Origin: Candidatus Methylomirabilis limnetica
GTDB lineage: Bacteria > Methylomirabilota > Methylomirabilia > Methylomirabilales > Methylomirabilaceae
Reading direction: 5' to 3'
Assembly (NCBI RefSeq): GCF_003044035.1
Contig: NZ_NVQC01000023.1
Coordinates: 60,001 to 92,000, forward strand
Length of the DNA: 32,000 nucleotides
The notes beneath the pieces were generated by a model. It was not told where the DNA came from, ran no database searches, and saw only the letters and a program-made list of their open reading frames with translations. The position numbers were made by a program, and so were the translations under genes. This document shows positions 30,469 through 32,000 of this stretch, in pieces. Each line of letters opens with the position of its first letter. Within the stretch, counting starts at the first letter, position 1.

Positions 30469-32000
30469 CTAGTGGGCGCGGCTGACCTCAGCCTTGTCCG
30501 CTACGTCATCCTCCTTCACGATCGAGCCTCGCTTGCTGAAGAGCACCGACAGCCCCAGGACGGTCACGCAGGTCAAAACGATAATAGACCGAGTGCCAAA
30601 CCCAATTTCACGGATGGCCAAGGGTGCGATCAGGATCGCGACCAGGTTCATGACCTTGATCATCGGGTTGATGGCCGGCCCTGCGGTGTCCTTGAACGGA
30701 TCGCCGACCGTATCGCCGATGACCGCAGCCTTATGACAGTCAGTTCCTTTGCCGCCGAACAGCCCCTCCTCGATCTTCTTCTTGGCATTGTCCCATGCCC
30801 CGCCGGTATTCGCGAGGAACACCGCCATTAGCTGACCGGTGAGAATCGCTCCGGCAAGGAAGCCGCCAAGCGCAGGCGCGCCGAAGGCGAACGCGACCAG
30901 GATCGGGCTGACAATCGAGAGGACGCCCGGTCCCAGCAGTTCCTTCTGCGCCGCAGCCGTCACGATCTCCACGCACCGACCGTAGTCGGGCTTCTCCTTA
31001 AACTCCATGATCCCCGGCTTCTCCCGGAACTGCCGACGGACCTCTTCAACCAGAAGAAAGGCCGCCCGGCTCACCGCCTGGATCGCAAAGGAGCAGAAGA
31101 GGAACGGAACCGCCCCACCGATCAGGAACCCGATGAAGACCTCTGGCAGGTTTACCTGGATCCCCGTCTCTAAGAGGTGCGCCTCGTCGATAAAGGAGCG
31201 GAAGAGGGAGACGGCCGCGATGACCGCGGTGGCGATGGCCAGCCCTTTCGTCAGGGCCTTGGTCGTATTGCCGACCGCGTCGAGCTTGGCGACAATCCGA
31301 TGTGCCTCAATTCCAGAGGGCGTCCTGGGGGCGTTCTTCAGCGCGCCAGACATCTCGAAGATGCCGCTGGCGTTGTCGGAAATGGGGCCGAAGGTATCTT
31401 CGGCCAGCACGAAGCCGGTGGTCGCCAGCAGCCCCAGCCCGGCCAGGGCGATCCCATAGGCTGACAGCGAAACGCTCCCACCGAAGATGCTGTATGCGCC
31501 AAAGATAGTTGCGGCGATGGCCAGGATGGCCCACACGCTCGACTCGAGGCCTGCGGCAAACCCGGAGAGGATCAGCGTCGCCGGCCCTGTCCGGCTGGCA
31601 TAGGCAATCTCGGTCACAGGCTTCTTGTCGGTCGCGGTGAAATACTCCGTCAGCCACGAGATCACCAGCGCCAGGGCGATCCCCATCGTATTGGCCAGAA
31701 AGACGCGCCACCAGAGTGTGCCGTACTTCGGGCTCACGATGTCGCCAAGGTAAAAGTAGCTCACAATGAAAAAGCCGACAACCGAACTGAGCGCAGCTAC
31801 CCAGAAGCCGAAGTTGATCGGCTTCATCGGGTTCATGTCGGGATCATCCTTGCCCCGAACGCACCAGGTGCCGAGGATCGAGCCGAAGACACCCACGGCG
31901 CGGATCAAGAGGGGATAGATGATCAGGGCCAGGACGACCTTGGAGGCGCTGGCAGTACCGCCGAACGACTCGACAAAGTCCTTATCCAACATGGCCCCGG
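30469..32000 (-). CDS. hppA: membrane-bound proton-translocating pyrophosphatase, K+-independent type (C-terminal ~510 aa; gene continues past the right edge)
   Basis: The ORF is open to the window edge, so the M at 31992 is internal. Characteristic blocks are GGAWDNAKKKIE, DCHKAAVIGDTVGDPFKDTAGPAINPMIKVMN and AVGNTTKALTKG. The Lys in GNTTK (Ala in K+-dependent enzymes) marks the K+-independent class. Confidence 0.9.
   Translation of the reverse strand, partial: GAMLDKDFVESFGGTASASKVVLALIIYPLLIRAVGVFGSILGTWCVRGKDDPDMNPMKPINFGFWVAALSSVVGFFIVSYFYLGDIVSPKYGTLWWRVFLANTMGIALALVISWLTEYFTATDKKPVTEIAYASRTGPATLILSGFAAGLESSVWAILAIAATIFGAYSIFGGSVSLSAYGIALAGLGLLATTGFVLAEDTFGPISDNASGIFEMSGALKNAPRTPSGIEAHRIVAKLDAVGNTTKALTKGLAIATAVIAAVSLFRSFIDEAHLLETGIQVNLPEVFIGFLIGGAVPFLFCSFAIQAVSRAAFLLVEEVRRQFREKPGIMEFKEKPDYGRCVEIVTAAAQKELLGPGVLSIVSPILVAFAFGAPALGGFLAGAILTGQLMAVFLANTGGAWDNAKKKIEEGLFGGKGTDCHKAAVIGDTVGDPFKDTAGPAINPMIKVMNLVAILIAPLAIREIGFGTRSIIVLTCVTVLGLSVLFSKRGSIVKEDDVADKAEVSRAH

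Noticed and set aside
30204-30831. 81-aa and 201-aa + strand ORFs in the spacer and antisense to hppA
   Set aside because: They translate the intergenic repeat (hairpins and the ACGGGGCAGGCT block) and then run antisense into the pyrophosphatase gene. They have no RBS.

Overview
Moderately high-GC, densely coding bacterial chromosomal segment. It looks like a diderm (many lipobox lipoproteins, AnmK/NagZ murein-recycling genes), but I cannot assign a taxon from sequence alone. Layout: (1) 1-4.6 kb is a patchy-GC accessory stretch on the minus strand: a partial pRiA4b ORF-3-like protein, a secreted orphan, a visibly low-GC minimal nucleotidyltransferase and two orphan proteins, then a 0.6-kb AT-rich non-coding gap. 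(2) A DUF2132-YaiI gene pair, tRNA-Arg(CCT) and a membrane-anchored TPR protein. (3) A 1.04/1.11-kb direct segmental duplication carrying a small OsmB-like lipoprotein gene, a divergent promoter region, a 211-aa glycine-zipper lipoprotein and the 3' stub of a PPOX-type gene. The two copies bracket an IS630-family element, an FAD oxidoreductase and a GT-C membrane glycosyltransferase. A second GT-C, an M20 amidohydrolase and a GT2 follow (an Arn-like lipid-carrier glycosylation set). (4) An AnmK / short SIS protein / D-aminoacylase / C26 gamma-glutamyl hydrolase cluster converges on a minus-strand operon: methyltransferase, membrane orphan, NagZ, and an M48-like lipoprotein with a degenerate HSxxH motif. 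(5) A cytochrome c and a lipoprotein. (6) A three-gene minus-strand operon: orphan, TM-less MgtE_N/CBS protein, and an NRAMP-fold transporter whose metal site matches the Mg2+-transporting NRMT type. It is bracketed by 42-nt direct repeats. (7) A repeat-packed 578-bp spacer and a partial K+-independent-type H+-pyrophosphatase. Three families of short intergenic repeats recur: a C5-6TTT-N3-AAAG5-7 hairpin plus G5-6ATTT; GTAACTACTCAG plus AGGCTGW heptads; and ACGGGGCAGGCT...CACGGAATGAC. The best candidate for something undescribed is the NRMT-like transporter plus stand-alone MgtE-type sensor module. Runners-up are the non-canonical murein-recycling cluster and the Arn-like cluster remodelled by duplication and IS630. 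I saw no CRISPR array, rRNA or recognisable defence system.
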